From positions 19,964,001 through 20,028,000 of the forward strand of contig CATNEN010000001.1 in assembly GCA_950097015.1 (NCBI GenBank): a DNA stretch of 64,000 nt, in the 5' to 3' direction. The notes beneath the pieces were generated by a model, which was given only the letters and a program-made list of their open reading frames with translations, was not told the origin of the DNA and searched no databases. Made by a program: the position numbers and the translations under genes. The DNA comes from Macrostomum hystrix (lineage: Eukaryota; Animalia; Platyhelminthes). Positions within the stretch are counted from its first letter, which is position 1, and each line of letters begins with the position of its first letter. Shown here piece after piece: positions 34,671-45,361 of this stretch.

Positions 34671-34861
34671 TGTGGACTAAGGCAGAGAGACTGCGACTTA
34701 GAGTTGACGAAGATTTACAGCGATTTATTTATTGACTCACGAGTTAAATAGCAATCAGTGCCAAGGTGTAAAAGTGAGAGAGAAAGGCATGCACGCGGTT
34801 GATGTACATTAGACACCCAGAGAAGTGAACGCATATGTACGATGCATTGCCACACACTACA
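34671..34861 (-). repeat. Gypsy 3' LTR, preceded on the minus strand by PPT GCGTGGGAGGAT (34862-34873)
   Basis: Direct repeat of 39097-39287. Confidence 0.95.
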
Positions 34862-35003
34862 ATCCTCCCACGCAAAGAAAAGAGAAGACTCGAAGGAAAT
34901 AAATAAATTCAAAAAGAATAAAAACGCAGCAAGTGATTGGTGCAACTTAAGCAATATTAAGACAGTCCATGAATGAGTTCAGCGCAGCCATTTAATCAAA
35001 AGT

Positions 35004-38000
35004 TCAACCCGGCACATATCGATCAACCGGCATCCGCCTCCGCACCGGGTAGCGCCTCTGGGGCAGCTCGTCCGCAGCGTCTCCGCCGCCGTGCAGCTCG
35101 TGCGCGAAGGGCGGCTGCTCGAAACGCTCGACGTCGGGTGCCGGCAGGAACAGCGGCCGAAGGCGGTTTACGTTCACTCTGCGCGTCTTGCCATTCTTGC
35201 CGATCTCGACCACCAGATTGCGCTGGGACAGCACCCGCCAGCCGGGGTCCCAGTACGGCGCCAGCTTGGAGCCCCTCAGCTCGATGCGCAGCAGCACCTC
35301 GTCGCCCTGGCCGAATCTGCGCAGCTGCCCGGCTGACCTGCTGTAGTCGCTCTGCTGCTCGCCAGCCGCCTGCACCAGGTGCTCCTCGACAAACTCTCGA
35401 ATGCGCAGCAGGTCGGCCTCCAGCTTGTCTGCGTAGGTCCGCACGTCGTAGAACCGCCTGGGCTGCTGGCTGAGGACTGGCAGACAAGGGTCACGCCTGG
35501 TGAAGACCTTCAGCGGTGGCAGTCGCGTTGAGCAGTGCACTCGCGAGTTGTAGGACAGCAGGATCAGCGGCAGCTTGTCCTCCCACTCGCTCTCTCGCTC
35601 GGTGAAGCACCTGAGTAGTTGCAGCACGGACTTGTTTCCCGACTCGGCCAGTCCGTTTCCTTTCGGATTGTACGCTGTGGTTCTTGTCTTGGTGACTCCC
35701 AGACCGCGCAGAGTGTCTTGAAAGAGCTGGCTCTCGAAATTCGGGCCTTGGTCCGAGTGGATGACTCGAGGCAGTCCAGCCTGGGAGCAGATTGAAAGGA
35801 AGGCGCGAGCCGTAGTCTGGGCCGTCTGGTCTGGTAACGCCACAGCCGTCAGGTACTTGGAAAATTGGTCCTGAGCTACCAGCAGGTAATGGTTGCCGCG
35901 TGATGATGGTGCCACCTTGACGATGTCGATGGCCACCGAGTCCCATGGCGATCCGATAGGCAGCTCTCCGAGTGGCGCCTTGGGCTGCGAGCCTGCCTTC
36001 TTCTCCTGGCAGACGGCGCAGCTCTGGCAGTGCTGCAGGACATCCTCAGCCATGCCCGGCCAGTAGGCAGTCAGCTTGAGCGTGCGGTAGCATTTCTCGG
36101 CACCGAAGTGGCCTCCCAGATCTTCGTGAGTGTCTGCTAGGAACTGGTGTCGTAGAAATGCCGGCACCACTGGAACTTCCCTCAGTCCGTCCAGGTCGTT
36201 GAACTTGCGGGAGAGAACTCCGTCATCATTCAGCTTCAGCTTCCTCCAGATTCTGCTCAGCTGCTGCAGCGGTCCTGACCGCCATCTTGGAGGCACGTCT
36301 GGCTCGTTGACGATCGCTTGAATCACCTGACTAAGCTCTGGATCTTGCCGCTGAGCAGTTTTGAGCTCTTCCGAGCCGATTTCTGCTGTCAGTTGAGTCG
36401 CTGCAATTTCCGGGGCGTGCAGCCTGGACAGCGCGTCGGCATCAGAATTCTCCACACCTCTGCGGTACTTGAACTCTTGGAGCAGCAGCCGCCAGCGACC
36501 CAGCCTACCATAGCTATCGATTCTCTGGGAATCGATGTAGGTGAGCGGGCAGTGATCCGTGTGCACCGTGAAATGCTTGCCAAGCAAGTAATGCCGGAAG
36601 ACTTTGAAAGCGTGCAGGATGGCCAGACACTCCTTCTCTGTTGCTGAGTACTTTTTCTCCGCCGAGTTGAACGCCCTGCTCGAAAACTCGATCACTGCAT
36701 CGCCTTGCTTCAGGATTGCACCGACCCCACTGCCGCTGGCATCCGTGAAGACAGCGAACTCCTTGGAAAAGTCCGGGTTCACCAGGATCGGAGGACTCAT
36801 CAGGCAGATCTTGAGCTCGTCGAAGGCAGCTTGGCACTCTGCAGTCCACTCAAACGCCACGCCCTTGCCAGTCAGGTGGTGAAGTGGTGCAGCGATGGCA
36901 GCGAAGTTGGCAACATGGCGGCGGTACTGGTTGCACAGGCCGATAAACTGGCGGATCTCCTTGACTGACCTCGGCTCCTTCCACTGCTGAATCGCCTCCA
37001 GCTTCTCTTTGCTTGGCTGAGCTCCCTCCTTTGAATAGCGCATGCCGAGGAAAGTCACTTCAGGCACCGCGATCTTGCACTTGGAGCCTCTCAGTGTCAG
37101 TCCGGCTGCTCGGACACGCTGAAGTGCCTCTCGCAGTTGCAGCAGATGCTCCTTCCTGGTCTTTGAGAAGCACAGGCTGTCATCGAAAAACGTGAAGACG
37201 AAGTCACAGCCATTGAAAACTTTGGACATAAGCATGCAGAACGTGCTGGGGCCACCTGACAGGCCTTGAGGCATTCTCTTAAATTGGTATAGCGGCATCC
37301 CTGGTCCAGGGCTAAAGGCCGTCTTCTGTCTGTCTTCTTCAGCCAGAGGGATCTGGAAGTAACCTCCATTGAGATCCAGCACTGAGAACACCGTGCTGCC
37401 CGCTATTCGATCTCGTGCCTCCTCCATTAGCGGAATTCCTTGCGCCGACCGAATCGTCTTCTTGTTGAGCTCTCTGTAGTCGATGGTCAGCCGCAGACTG
37501 CCGTCCTTCTTGGTCACGTACACCGGTGGAGCCACGTACGGACTCTCGCTCAGTTCGATCACGTCGTTCTCCAGCAGCTCCTGAATCAGCAGCTCCGCCT
37601 TCTCCCGGTAGTGCACGGGCATTCGGCGCGGTGGGACACGAACTGGCACCTCATCAGCGAGAACAATTCGATGCTGCTGGAGATGCGTAAGTCCCGGCTT
37701 CTTCTTGAACACGTCCTTGAACTCCATCAGCAGTCGCTGAACTTCGGGGTCATCGGTGGTTGGCAGCTCAAAATCCACGCAGCTGAACTCGGGCACGAGA
37801 GCATCCTCGATGTCAACTTGGTCGTCCGTCTCACTCTGGAACCTTGCACTGCAGATACGACCAGCAGCTGCAGGGTTGGCCTTGAAGTCCAGCTGCAAAC
37901 GGTGCTTGCCGATGAAGTCGATCCCGACGATGACAGGACAAACCAAATCGGACACCACGTAGAACAAATGCAGCGCTGTCACTTTCCCGACTGTGAGCGG

Positions 38001-38321
38001 CAACTCGATCTGCCACTCGATGCTGATTGGCTGCTTGTTCACCGAGTGCAGCTGCACTCCGGCTGAAGTTGCGCGGCTGAGCTGCGATTTCGTCAGAATG
38101 CTGGAGTCGACCAGTGAGCACTGGCTGCCGGTGTCTAAAAGCGCCTTTACACTTCTACCATCAAGCTTGCACTCAAACTGCGAAAGTCGGTCGGGCGTAA
38201 CGCTGCATCCACTGAAGACCCTGCCGACTGCGAGCGCTGGCCCCGGAACCTGCGCTGGTGAACCCGCAGTTACTGCTGGCCGAGGTGGCGGGCCCGCCCA
38301 CCCCAGCCTCTGGCGTTTCCC
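35004..38321 (-). CDS. pol: Gypsy Pol (protease, RT, RNase H, integrase), expressed by -1 frameshift from gag
   Basis: ALLDTGS upstream of the listed ORF, LRLTIDYRELN, FFDD, FTDASG, YSATEKECLA, GHFG...C..C, IHSDQGPNF, GNGLAE. Confidence 0.95.
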   Translation of the reverse strand, partial: GKRQRLGWAGPPPRPAVTAGSPAQVPGPALAVGRVFSGCSVTPDRLSQFECKLDGRSVKALLDTGSQCSLVDSSILTKSQLSRATSAGVQLHSVNKQPISIEWQIELPLTVGKVTALHLFYVVSDLVCPVIVGIDFIGKHRLQLDFKANPAAAGRICSARFQSETDDQVDIEDALVPEFSCVDFELPTTDDPEVQRLLMEFKDVFKKKPGLTHLQQHRIVLADEVPVRVPPRRMPVHYREKAELLIQELLENDVIELSESPYVAPPVYVTKKDGSLRLTIDYRELNKKTIRSAQGIPLMEEARDRIAGSTVFSVLDLNGGYFQIPLAEEDRQKTAFSPGPGMPLYQFKRMPQGLSGGPSTFCMLMSKVFNGCDFVFTFFDDSLCFSKTRKEHLLQLREALQRVRAAGLTLRGSKCKIAVPEVTFLGMRYSKEGAQPSKEKLEAIQQWKEPRSVKEIRQFIGLCNQYRRHVANFAAIAAPLHHLTGKGVAFEWTAECQAAFDELKICLMSPPILVNPDFSKEFAVFTDASGSGVGAILKQGDAVIEFSSRAFNSAEKKYSATEKECLAILHAFKVFRHYLLGKHFTVHTDHCPLTYIDSQRIDSYGRLGRWRLLLQEFKYRRGVENSDADALSRLHAPEIAATQLTAEIGSEELKTAQRQDPELSQVIQAIVNEPDVPPRWRSGPLQQLSRIWRKLKLNDDGVLSRKFNDLDGLREVPVVPAFLRHQFLADTHEDLGGHFGAEKCYRTLKLTAYWPGMAEDVLQHCQSCAVCQEKKAGSQPKAPLGELPIGSPWDSVAIDIVKVAPSSRGNHYLLVAQDQFSKYLTAVALPDQTAQTTARAFLSICSQAGLPRVIHSDQGPNFESQLFQDTLRGLGVTKTRTTAYNPKGNGLAESGNKSVLQLLRCFTERESEWEDKLPLILLSYNSRVHCSTRLPPLKVFTRRDPCLPVLSQQPRRFYDVRTYADKLEADLLRIREFVEEHLVQAAGEQQSDYSRSAGQLRRFGQGDEVLLRIELRGSKLAPYWDPGWRVLSQRNLVVEIGKNGKTRRVNVNRLRPLFLPAPDVERFEQPPFAHELHGGGDAADELPQRRYPVRRRMPVDRYVPG

Positions 38322-39082
38322 GACTGCTGCCGCCGGCTGTAGCAGTCCTTGGCGATGTGGCCGGTTTTGTGGCAGTTGTAGCAGACGATATCGGATCTCG
38401 GTCGGTGTGGCCTTGCTGTACTGCTGCTTCTCACTTCACAGGCTGCCAGCTGCTCCAGCTGGGTGCTCAATGTACTCACTGAGGCCTGCAGACTCTGCAC
38501 TGTGTCCCGCAGCTCCTGTACTTCGCTGGACTGGCTCTGCCGAGGCTGTACCGCAGCTGCTTGCGTTGCTGCTGAATTGTGCTGCATCAGTAGCTGAGCC
38601 TTTTCAAGCGCTTGCACTGAGGTCTTGATGTTGGTGTCTGCTCGAATCTGCCAGCCCACGGAGTCTGGCAGGCCACAGATAAACTGATGAAACAGCAGGG
38701 CTTCTCGAGCATCCACATCGACCACGGCAGAGCTCTGCAGCAGTTTCTTCAACTCGTACAGGTACATGCGTGGAGTCTCACTTGCCAAAATTCTCCTCGC
38801 CTTGAACGCCTCCATGACGGCGAAGTGCTCTCGGTCCGGGTGGAAAGCATTCTCCAGTGCTCCAGTAACTTTACCGAATTCTGCCTGATCGGCTGCAGAC
38901 AGTTCCAAATAGACGACAAGGGCTTCGCCGTCTAGAAAAGTTGCCAGTCGCTCCGCCTTGCAAGCGTCCCACTTGTTCACTTTGGCACAAACTTCAAAAC
39001 GCTGCAGCCATTCTTTAAAGTTGCCTGCACTGAATACTCTGGGCAGCGCTGCACTAGCTTTCTCAGCCATTGTGGAAACCAC
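38270..39082 (-). CDS. gag: Gypsy Gag with CCHC zinc knuckle
   Basis: WLQRFE..A..NKW, FICGLP, CYNCHKTGHIAKDC. Confidence 0.92.
   Translation of the reverse strand: MVSTMAEKASAALPRVFSAGNFKEWLQRFEVCAKVNKWDACKAERLATFLDGEALVVYLELSAADQAEFGKVTGALENAFHPDREHFAVMEAFKARRILASETPRMYLYELKKLLQSSAVVDVDAREALLFHQFICGLPDSVGWQIRADTNIKTSVQALEKAQLLMQHNSAATQAAAVQPRQSQSSEVQELRDTVQSLQASVSTLSTQLEQLAACEVRSSSTARPHRPRSDIVCYNCHKTGHIAKDCYSRRQQSGNARGWGGRARHLGQQ
38315..38321 (-). promoter_or_regulatory. -1 ribosomal frameshift slippery heptamer G GGA AAC
   Basis: XXXYYYZ heptamer near the gag 3' end; pol is in the -1 frame; followed by a GC-rich stem (GCTGG...CCAGC). Confidence 0.8.
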
Positions 39083-39094
39083 GCTCTGCTACCA
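39075..39094 (-). promoter_or_regulatory. Primer-binding site complementary to initiator tRNA-Met
   Basis: Minus strand TGGTAGCAGAGCGTGGTTTC, 2 nt inside the 5' LTR. Confidence 0.88.
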
Positions 39095-39096
39095 CT

Positions 39097-39287
39097 TGTG
39101 GACTAAGGCAGAGAGACTGCGACTTAGAGTTGACGAAGATTTACAGCGATTTATTTATTGACTCACGAGTTAAATAGCAATCAGTGCCAAGGTGTAAAAG
39201 TGAGAGAGAAAGGTATGCACGCGGTTGATGTACATTAGACACCCAGAGAAGTGAACGCATATGTACGATGCATTGCCACACACTACA
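39097..39287 (-). repeat. Gypsy 5' LTR
   Basis: Direct repeat of 34671-34861, followed by TSD CTCA. Confidence 0.95.
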
Positions 39288-41199
39288 CTCATAAGGGACT
39301 AGCACTTTTAGTTAGGCGGCTAATTAGTGGGAGGGAAAACATAGGATTGGTGACTTAATATACAAACGATTTACTTGCCAATCACTAATTTACTAGGCCA
39401 ATTTTAATAACAATGAATCCTTTCACTATGCTGTTCTCCTATCTTTATTTTATCTTTAGACAGCCCTCGATCATGAGTGGCTAACTCATTAGGGGGTGGG
39501 CTCTGGTGATGCCGAGCTGAAGGCTGCGGCAGGAAGGCAACCGTAAGCGCGCATGCGAGTAATAAGGAGCTAGGGATTTGCGAGTAAAATGCGGAGTGTA
39601 GCATGTGTTTCTCTGCTAGGGGTGGGGAATTCCTTGGCGGGTTTTTCCTCTCTTCCTGGCGGATCAAGGAGTACGTGTCAAACTCCCCTGCCAATTGAGT
39701 TTCCCTTCTGTTCCCCGCCTTTCGCAACTGCCGTCACGGAAGCGAGGGCGATGATCAATTAATCTTTAGACTTTTAGCCGGTTTCGAGCATTGCTAGGGG
39801 TAGGCACGGCAGTCATGCCTGTGGCCTATGGGGCGAGTGGGACTGGCCAGCCTGAGGCCAATAGGACCACTCCCTGCATCCTTTGTACCGCCTCATCTCT
39901 CCCTTCATCTCTCCCTTCATCCCTTCCTTCGTCTCAGCCCTCTCCGCGACAACTCGCGGGCAGCTGCGCGATCGACCTTCGACTCTATCGCCTTTTGTCC
40001 ACACTCCTATCTTTCACCAGGGCGGTCATTGGCTTGCAAAAGACCTACCCATTTCAGTAGGCCATACATTGCTCTGACAAACTAGGATTTCTTACTAGGA
40101 TCAATTTGCAATCTCTCAGGCTCTCGCCTAACTCTCTGCAGCCTTTGCTGCTGTCTCCTCCGTTTTCTCTCCGTAAATCTAGACTTCGGGATCCGTTCCA
40201 TGATCGTGGCCTCCTCAACCCTAGCCTCATCGAGCTTAACATAGGATCGAATGAAATTAGCGAACGTTGAACCAACGTGACATTTCTGTTTAACAATTCC
40301 AAGCCAGCTTTCAATATGCGCATTAAAATAAAAAAATATTTCTAAGCTATTGGAGACCAAAAGAACATTGCCCTGAGCGGCAAAAGTGATAAATATTTAA
40401 GAAGAAAAGTTTCAAATAATATCGGAGAGTAAAATGGATTAGTAACTTCAATACTATTGCCACTTCCGGACTCAGAAACTTTCTTTAATCACTTAAAAAA
40501 TGGTGATGTTTTTAAAACACCTGCGTCACGTGACTCATCTTTGTCTTCCGAATCAAGTTTTTACATATCGCAATCGTCTTGAGCTATGATTTCATTAATC
40601 TCAGAAGCAAATCTCAGAAGAATCTGGCTTCCCTTCTCAATACAGCTGCAAACGCATTCGTGCTTCGCTAGATCGCCCCGATGATTTGGGCAGAAATATA
40701 TTCGCCATTGTTTTAACCTTAAAAATTAAAATAAAAACTATAGTTTTAAAAAAACCTCCTCAATCACAGATTGGGAAGCGCGATTATCTCTTTCCAAGAA
40801 ACCAGAAACAAATCTGGCAGAGTGTTATTTTATACGTCAATGATGAGTTAGAGTCTGCGTCTGCCACTGATGGTGGTGGTAGATGTAGACGTTGTGATTA
40901 GTTTTTCTTCAAAATTTGCTTTGAAGAGCTCTGAAGTCTAAAAGCGCAGCAGAAGTGGAATTAGCGTTTGAGAGCATGCTGAAGAGCTCAAAGCGGCAAC
41001 CACACTTCAGCCTCCTTTTTTCTGCTTATCTATTTTGACAAGCTCTAGCTCCTGCAGTTCAGAGCGTCGAGTAGCATCCTGAAATTTGTGTTGTGTAAGT
41101 AACTGCTTTCTTTTTTAGCAGTTCAGACAAAACTATTATCTGAAATTCACTCATAGTTATGTATAAATCAGTATTCTTAGCTGAAGAGCCTTTTCGCGA

Positions 41200-42265
41200 A
41201 TTTGTCGCTCCTGTTCGTCCGCCAGCCGCTGAAGCTCTTCAGCTTCAGAACTCTCTTTTGCTGAGCAATGAACGTCTTATATTCCGAATACGCTCGATGC
41301 CCTGCAGCGATTAGCGCATCCGAATCGGCAATGTGTCCGGTGTCAGTTTTCTGGAGGCCAGGTAGCTGCTTTCAAGAAGACCGTTAATTTTTGTCTTGTC
41401 AGACAGTCGATTGCGCTTTTCTTGTGAGTAAAAATCTGTCATTTTTCCAATGAAGCGCTCGCAGTCGGCGTTGCCATGGAAGAGCGTACAGCAGGTGATA
41501 CCGAGACGACCGAAAAGCATGAAATCGTTTGAGTTGCTTAGCTTCTGCCATCGTGCAACGACATTCTGATCACTGGAGTCAGCATTAACACTGTTCAGAT
41601 TAAACAGACGAACTTGAGTGATCAGTTAATCTAGCTCCCGTTCTGGGATAACGTTAGGTAACTGCTTGGCCTTCGATCTTGTTTCGTGCTTTTCTTCGAT
41701 CGGCATAGAGAGGCCAAGAAAGGACAGGCTTCATAAAGTCTTGGACCTAATAGGCAAATTTACTTGCAGATACGTTGCCATTTGCACATAGAACTGCTTG
41801 AATTGAAACACGATTAGCCTTTGATTTGCAAGAGGCAAGCCAGAAAGGTAGGAATTTGTCTAAACTCCGACTGAAAGTTGTTCGAGCGGAAGTTGGACCG
41901 CAGCACTGTCGAATTTGAACTTGGCCACTGCCAAACCGTCATCGGAGAGAGCAGACGGCTTTACAAATTGGACAGCGACGGACGTTAGCAGCTTGATCCC
42001 TTGCTCACGAATTTTATGGACAAGGACAGCCTCGCTAGTTTGAAAGAGCATCTCGTACTTCCGCAACAGGCTAAGAGCATGTTCTAGGAAGCAAAGGGAC
42101 GGCCTAGTAGCAGGATCTGCGAGAAGCTTGACAATGCGAAGAGCTCGTGCACTAGTGTCAGTGCGAGACTTCGGCTCTGTGTTTTTTTCGAAGTATAGGA
42201 TGAGAACATCCAACTGCTCCAGAATGCGTTCTACACAGGGCAACAATGCTTCCAGCGCCCAGCTT
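41200..42265 (-). pseudogene. Degenerate hAT-like transposase fragment
   Basis: RW..LLPCVERILEQ...L..YF and TLFHGNADCERF...RNRLS (hAT dimerisation-like region); broken frames. Confidence 0.7.
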
Positions 42266-42524
42266 TCTCTACGGGATCTAGCTGAAGTGATGCAGCTCTA
42301 TAATGAAAATTGCTAATTGAAAATAAAGTGGACATTAGATGATTATTGACAATAAAAACAGAAATAATTAGATTTTATATTCAGAAAACGGTTATAAAAT
42401 TCATTTGATTGTACTAGAATTATTCAAGAATCAGTTCAATAAAAAAGCTGACTAAAAAGTGTAAATGACACAGACACAAGTATTTCATAAGATCGTATTG
42501 AAATATACTATGCGTTTGTTGTAC

Positions 42525-43800
42525 CTGTGGTTCTTGTTGTTGCTGATGTCGTCAACATTCTTGTTTTTTACGCCTTCTTCACCACTCCCAGTACCACAGA
42601 GCTTCCGTGGGGTTCTCGCTAGCACTCACCATTCCTTCCATGTTAAGCTCTCTTTTTTCCTTTCTGCCGCAGGACACTCCCACAGGTATGTCATCGTCTC
42701 CTCCCACTCCTGTGAAATGTGATATTTTGACTTAGGTCTCTCTTTGCGTTGAGATCCCTAAATGAGGTCGGGTGTCCTACTCTTTGCGAGAGACTCTATT
42801 GCCGCAAATCGAAAATAACGAAGATAAGACGATTCAGGATTCCAAGCTAAACAGCTTATATTTAGGTGTTAATTAGTTAACAAGATAAAGTTATGAATGA
42901 TTAATTCCCCTGGCAGCGCTCTTTCCGTTCCCTGCCAGGTACTGTACTTGATTAAATATTAAACTCACAATTCGCACTGGTAAATTACTAACAAAATCTC
43001 GATAACCTCAACACAAGAACACGCGAACTCTACTCGAAAATGCTCTGGACATCAACAAGAACTCACGAAAATAACATGACAATTGACACAAATAACTCCT
43101 AGACAAACAGATAGTCCCTATGACAAAACAAGACAAATAACACGAAACCTAACCAAAAGTCCCTAGTCTGAAACCGAGGCGACCAGCAAGCACTTCCGCA
43201 CTATGGCACAACGATAGTTCTATCGTGCCACATCTAATGTCAATTTGACGGCGTCCCACCGATGATTGTCGGCGATATGGAGAGTACTTCCGTGCTTGCC
43301 AATCCCTATCTAACACTCCGTCAGCAGTTGGCCAGACGAGCTCAGCGCAAGCTACGAGTACTTACTGACGTGGGTTTGAGTGTGGGGTTTTCTTCGACTA
43401 GCTAGTTGGACCGGTTAACCTGTCCCGGTATCTATTACTAGGATGCGTAACAACGATTGCAACGAAAGACACACGAAAATACCAGGAACCCCAGCCCTCC
43501 GCCTCTGGCCTTCCATCCTCCTTCCTGCCTTTCTCTGTCTTGCCGAATCACCGCGTACCCAGGCACTGTTCTGAAATCATCCTCTTCTCTGAGTTTTGTT
43601 TCTTGTAGCATCGCCACATCCAACTGCTGTAAGAAGTCAGACAGCTCCGGCATTTTGGCTGCCAGGTGATCGCATTTCCATTGCAAAATCCTCCACTTCG
43701 CCGTTCCCCAGCTGCCATCTTCTCCTGTCTCAGCCTCCACCTCCTCCTGCTCCTCCTTATCCAGTGTAACGGCATCCGTTGGGTCACCGTTGAATGTGTC
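42525..43800 (-). pseudogene. Non-LTR (LINE) retrotransposon remnants: APE endonuclease N-terminus (~43480-43700) and 3' end (~42525-42710) separated by unrelated sequence
   Basis: RILQWKC...LDVAMLQETKL...PGYAVIRQDR...GGGLGFLV; EETMTYLWECPA followed by a CAA-rich tail. Confidence 0.7.
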
Positions 43801-44275
43801 CTGAAGGAAATCCGTTGTATCAACGTTGGCCTCCAACGAACATTTCTTCTCATTTTCTACGGTTTAACAACAGCAAAGTTTCTCTTAAAACGTCGACGTC
43901 GTAGCTACATATTAGTTTTTCCAATTGTCTCCCAGAGGTATCATTATGCCCGAAGGTATAAAAAATGATAAACGTGGACAAACAATTTCAGAGGTTCCTT
44001 TATGTTACACAATCGGGCTTGCTCTAGCTTTCACGAGCGTGATTTAGACTTTAAAATATAATTAAAATTTATTTCGCTACGAAATAGGAATACTTTTAAA
44101 TAACCAACAATACTTGCAAATTGCTTGTATCTGAACTACCATCATAAAGTACCAATACCATAATTAAAGTACAGCTACTGTACTTTTATTTTCTGGACTT
44201 TTCCAAATCTTGTATGGATGTAGCTTTGGGAGCTATGGTTTTGCAATCTGTTATAAACATTGATGGTCTGGCACT

Positions 44276-44521
44276 TTATAATAGCACCATTTTATCTTGT
44301 TGGCCAATGGCTAGACGCGTGGTTTCTGGCTGCTCGGACTCGACATATCGCTGCACGCAGTCGCTTGACCAGTCACCAAGCAGCTGAACGGCCTCAAGCG
44401 GAAGCCCAGAGTCGCGGGCGAAAGTCGCGCCTCCCCGTGGAAGGCTGTGGCCAGAAAAGTGGTTGCCTGGCAATCCCATGGACTGAATAGCCTTCTGAAG
44501 CATCTTGTCGAACTTCGTCAA
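44276..44521 (-). pseudogene. DIRS-like tyrosine recombinase C-terminal fragment
   Basis: FSGHSLPRGGATFA...GLP...VQLLGDWSSDCVQRYV (degenerate HxxR box, W and catalytic Y). Confidence 0.8.
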
Positions 44522-44703
44522 AAAAAAATAATAAATCCAGAAAACTGAACAAAGATTTGTAATTTTGGAGAAAAAAACATTCCATGAACAATTTAATGTT
44601 TGAATTAATCCACTTAATTGTCTGTAAGTCTGTTGTCTGCAAACAAAAAGAATTCAAAATATTGCAAAAAAGAAATGTCATTTGCCCATTTCGCAAACTA
44701 TAG

Positions 44704-45361
44704 TGTGACGATTAAATGACGAAGACAGAAGTCCGTGGCGGCGGCAATTAGAGTTCACTTCAGTCTAGACTCAGTTCAATGTAGCGGTAGCACTTTATTA
44801 ACGTGGTGCACTGGGATGCACGACAAGCAGAGCGAAGAAAGTAAGGTGCAGGAGCTCAATAATAGTAATAGCAATGACGCACGGCGAGGCGAAGTGGACA
44901 ACAAGTGGACAACGAGAAGATAAGGCGAGACAACTAGAACTAGAACCGGACAGGACAGGACAAGCACGAGAACCAGAACGAGAACCAGAACAGACTCAGA
45001 ACGAGAACCAGTGGGGCGCGAGCGGGCCTAAAGCCCTTAGTTAAATAAGCTTAGTAAACTGCAGAACAGGGCGATCGATAACTCTGGAAACTGGCTCCAG
45101 CCAATGAGCGTGTAAGTACACTGGTCTGGGCAGACGACAATTAAACATTAGCAAAACCAAGCTGTGGCAGCGCGATGTGCACTAACGCCTACTAACAGTA
45201 ACACTCTAATAATTACAGCTTAACCATACGAAACTGAGAAATGGATGAAAACGAGATGACATCAGTAAAACGGCCCTAGTTAGTACACACGTAAATTAGC
45301 TATGTAAATTAACGCGTAAATTAAATTGCTGGGGGCGCTCTCAACAAGTGCCAACGTCACA
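44704..45361 (-). mobile_element. Solo LTR
   Basis: TGTGACG...CGTCACA ends, 4-bp TSD ATAG (44700-44703, 45362-45365); homologous to 48329-49040. Confidence 0.85.

Larger units (their letters stand above)
34671..39287 (-). mobile_element. Ty3/Gypsy LTR retrotransposon, full length, recent
   Basis: 191-bp LTRs (34671-34861, 39097-39287; TG...CA; one mismatch seen), 4-bp TSD CTCA, PBS, PPT, gag and pol with PR-RT-RH-IN order. Confidence 0.97.

Noticed and set aside
34973-38935. Numerous plus-strand and alternate-frame ORFs over the Gypsy element
   Set aside because: Shadow ORFs of GC-rich gag/pol with no recognisable motifs
42711-43475. Possible solo LTR interrupting the LINE remnant
   Set aside because: Looks like an insertion, but I could not define matching ends or a TSD
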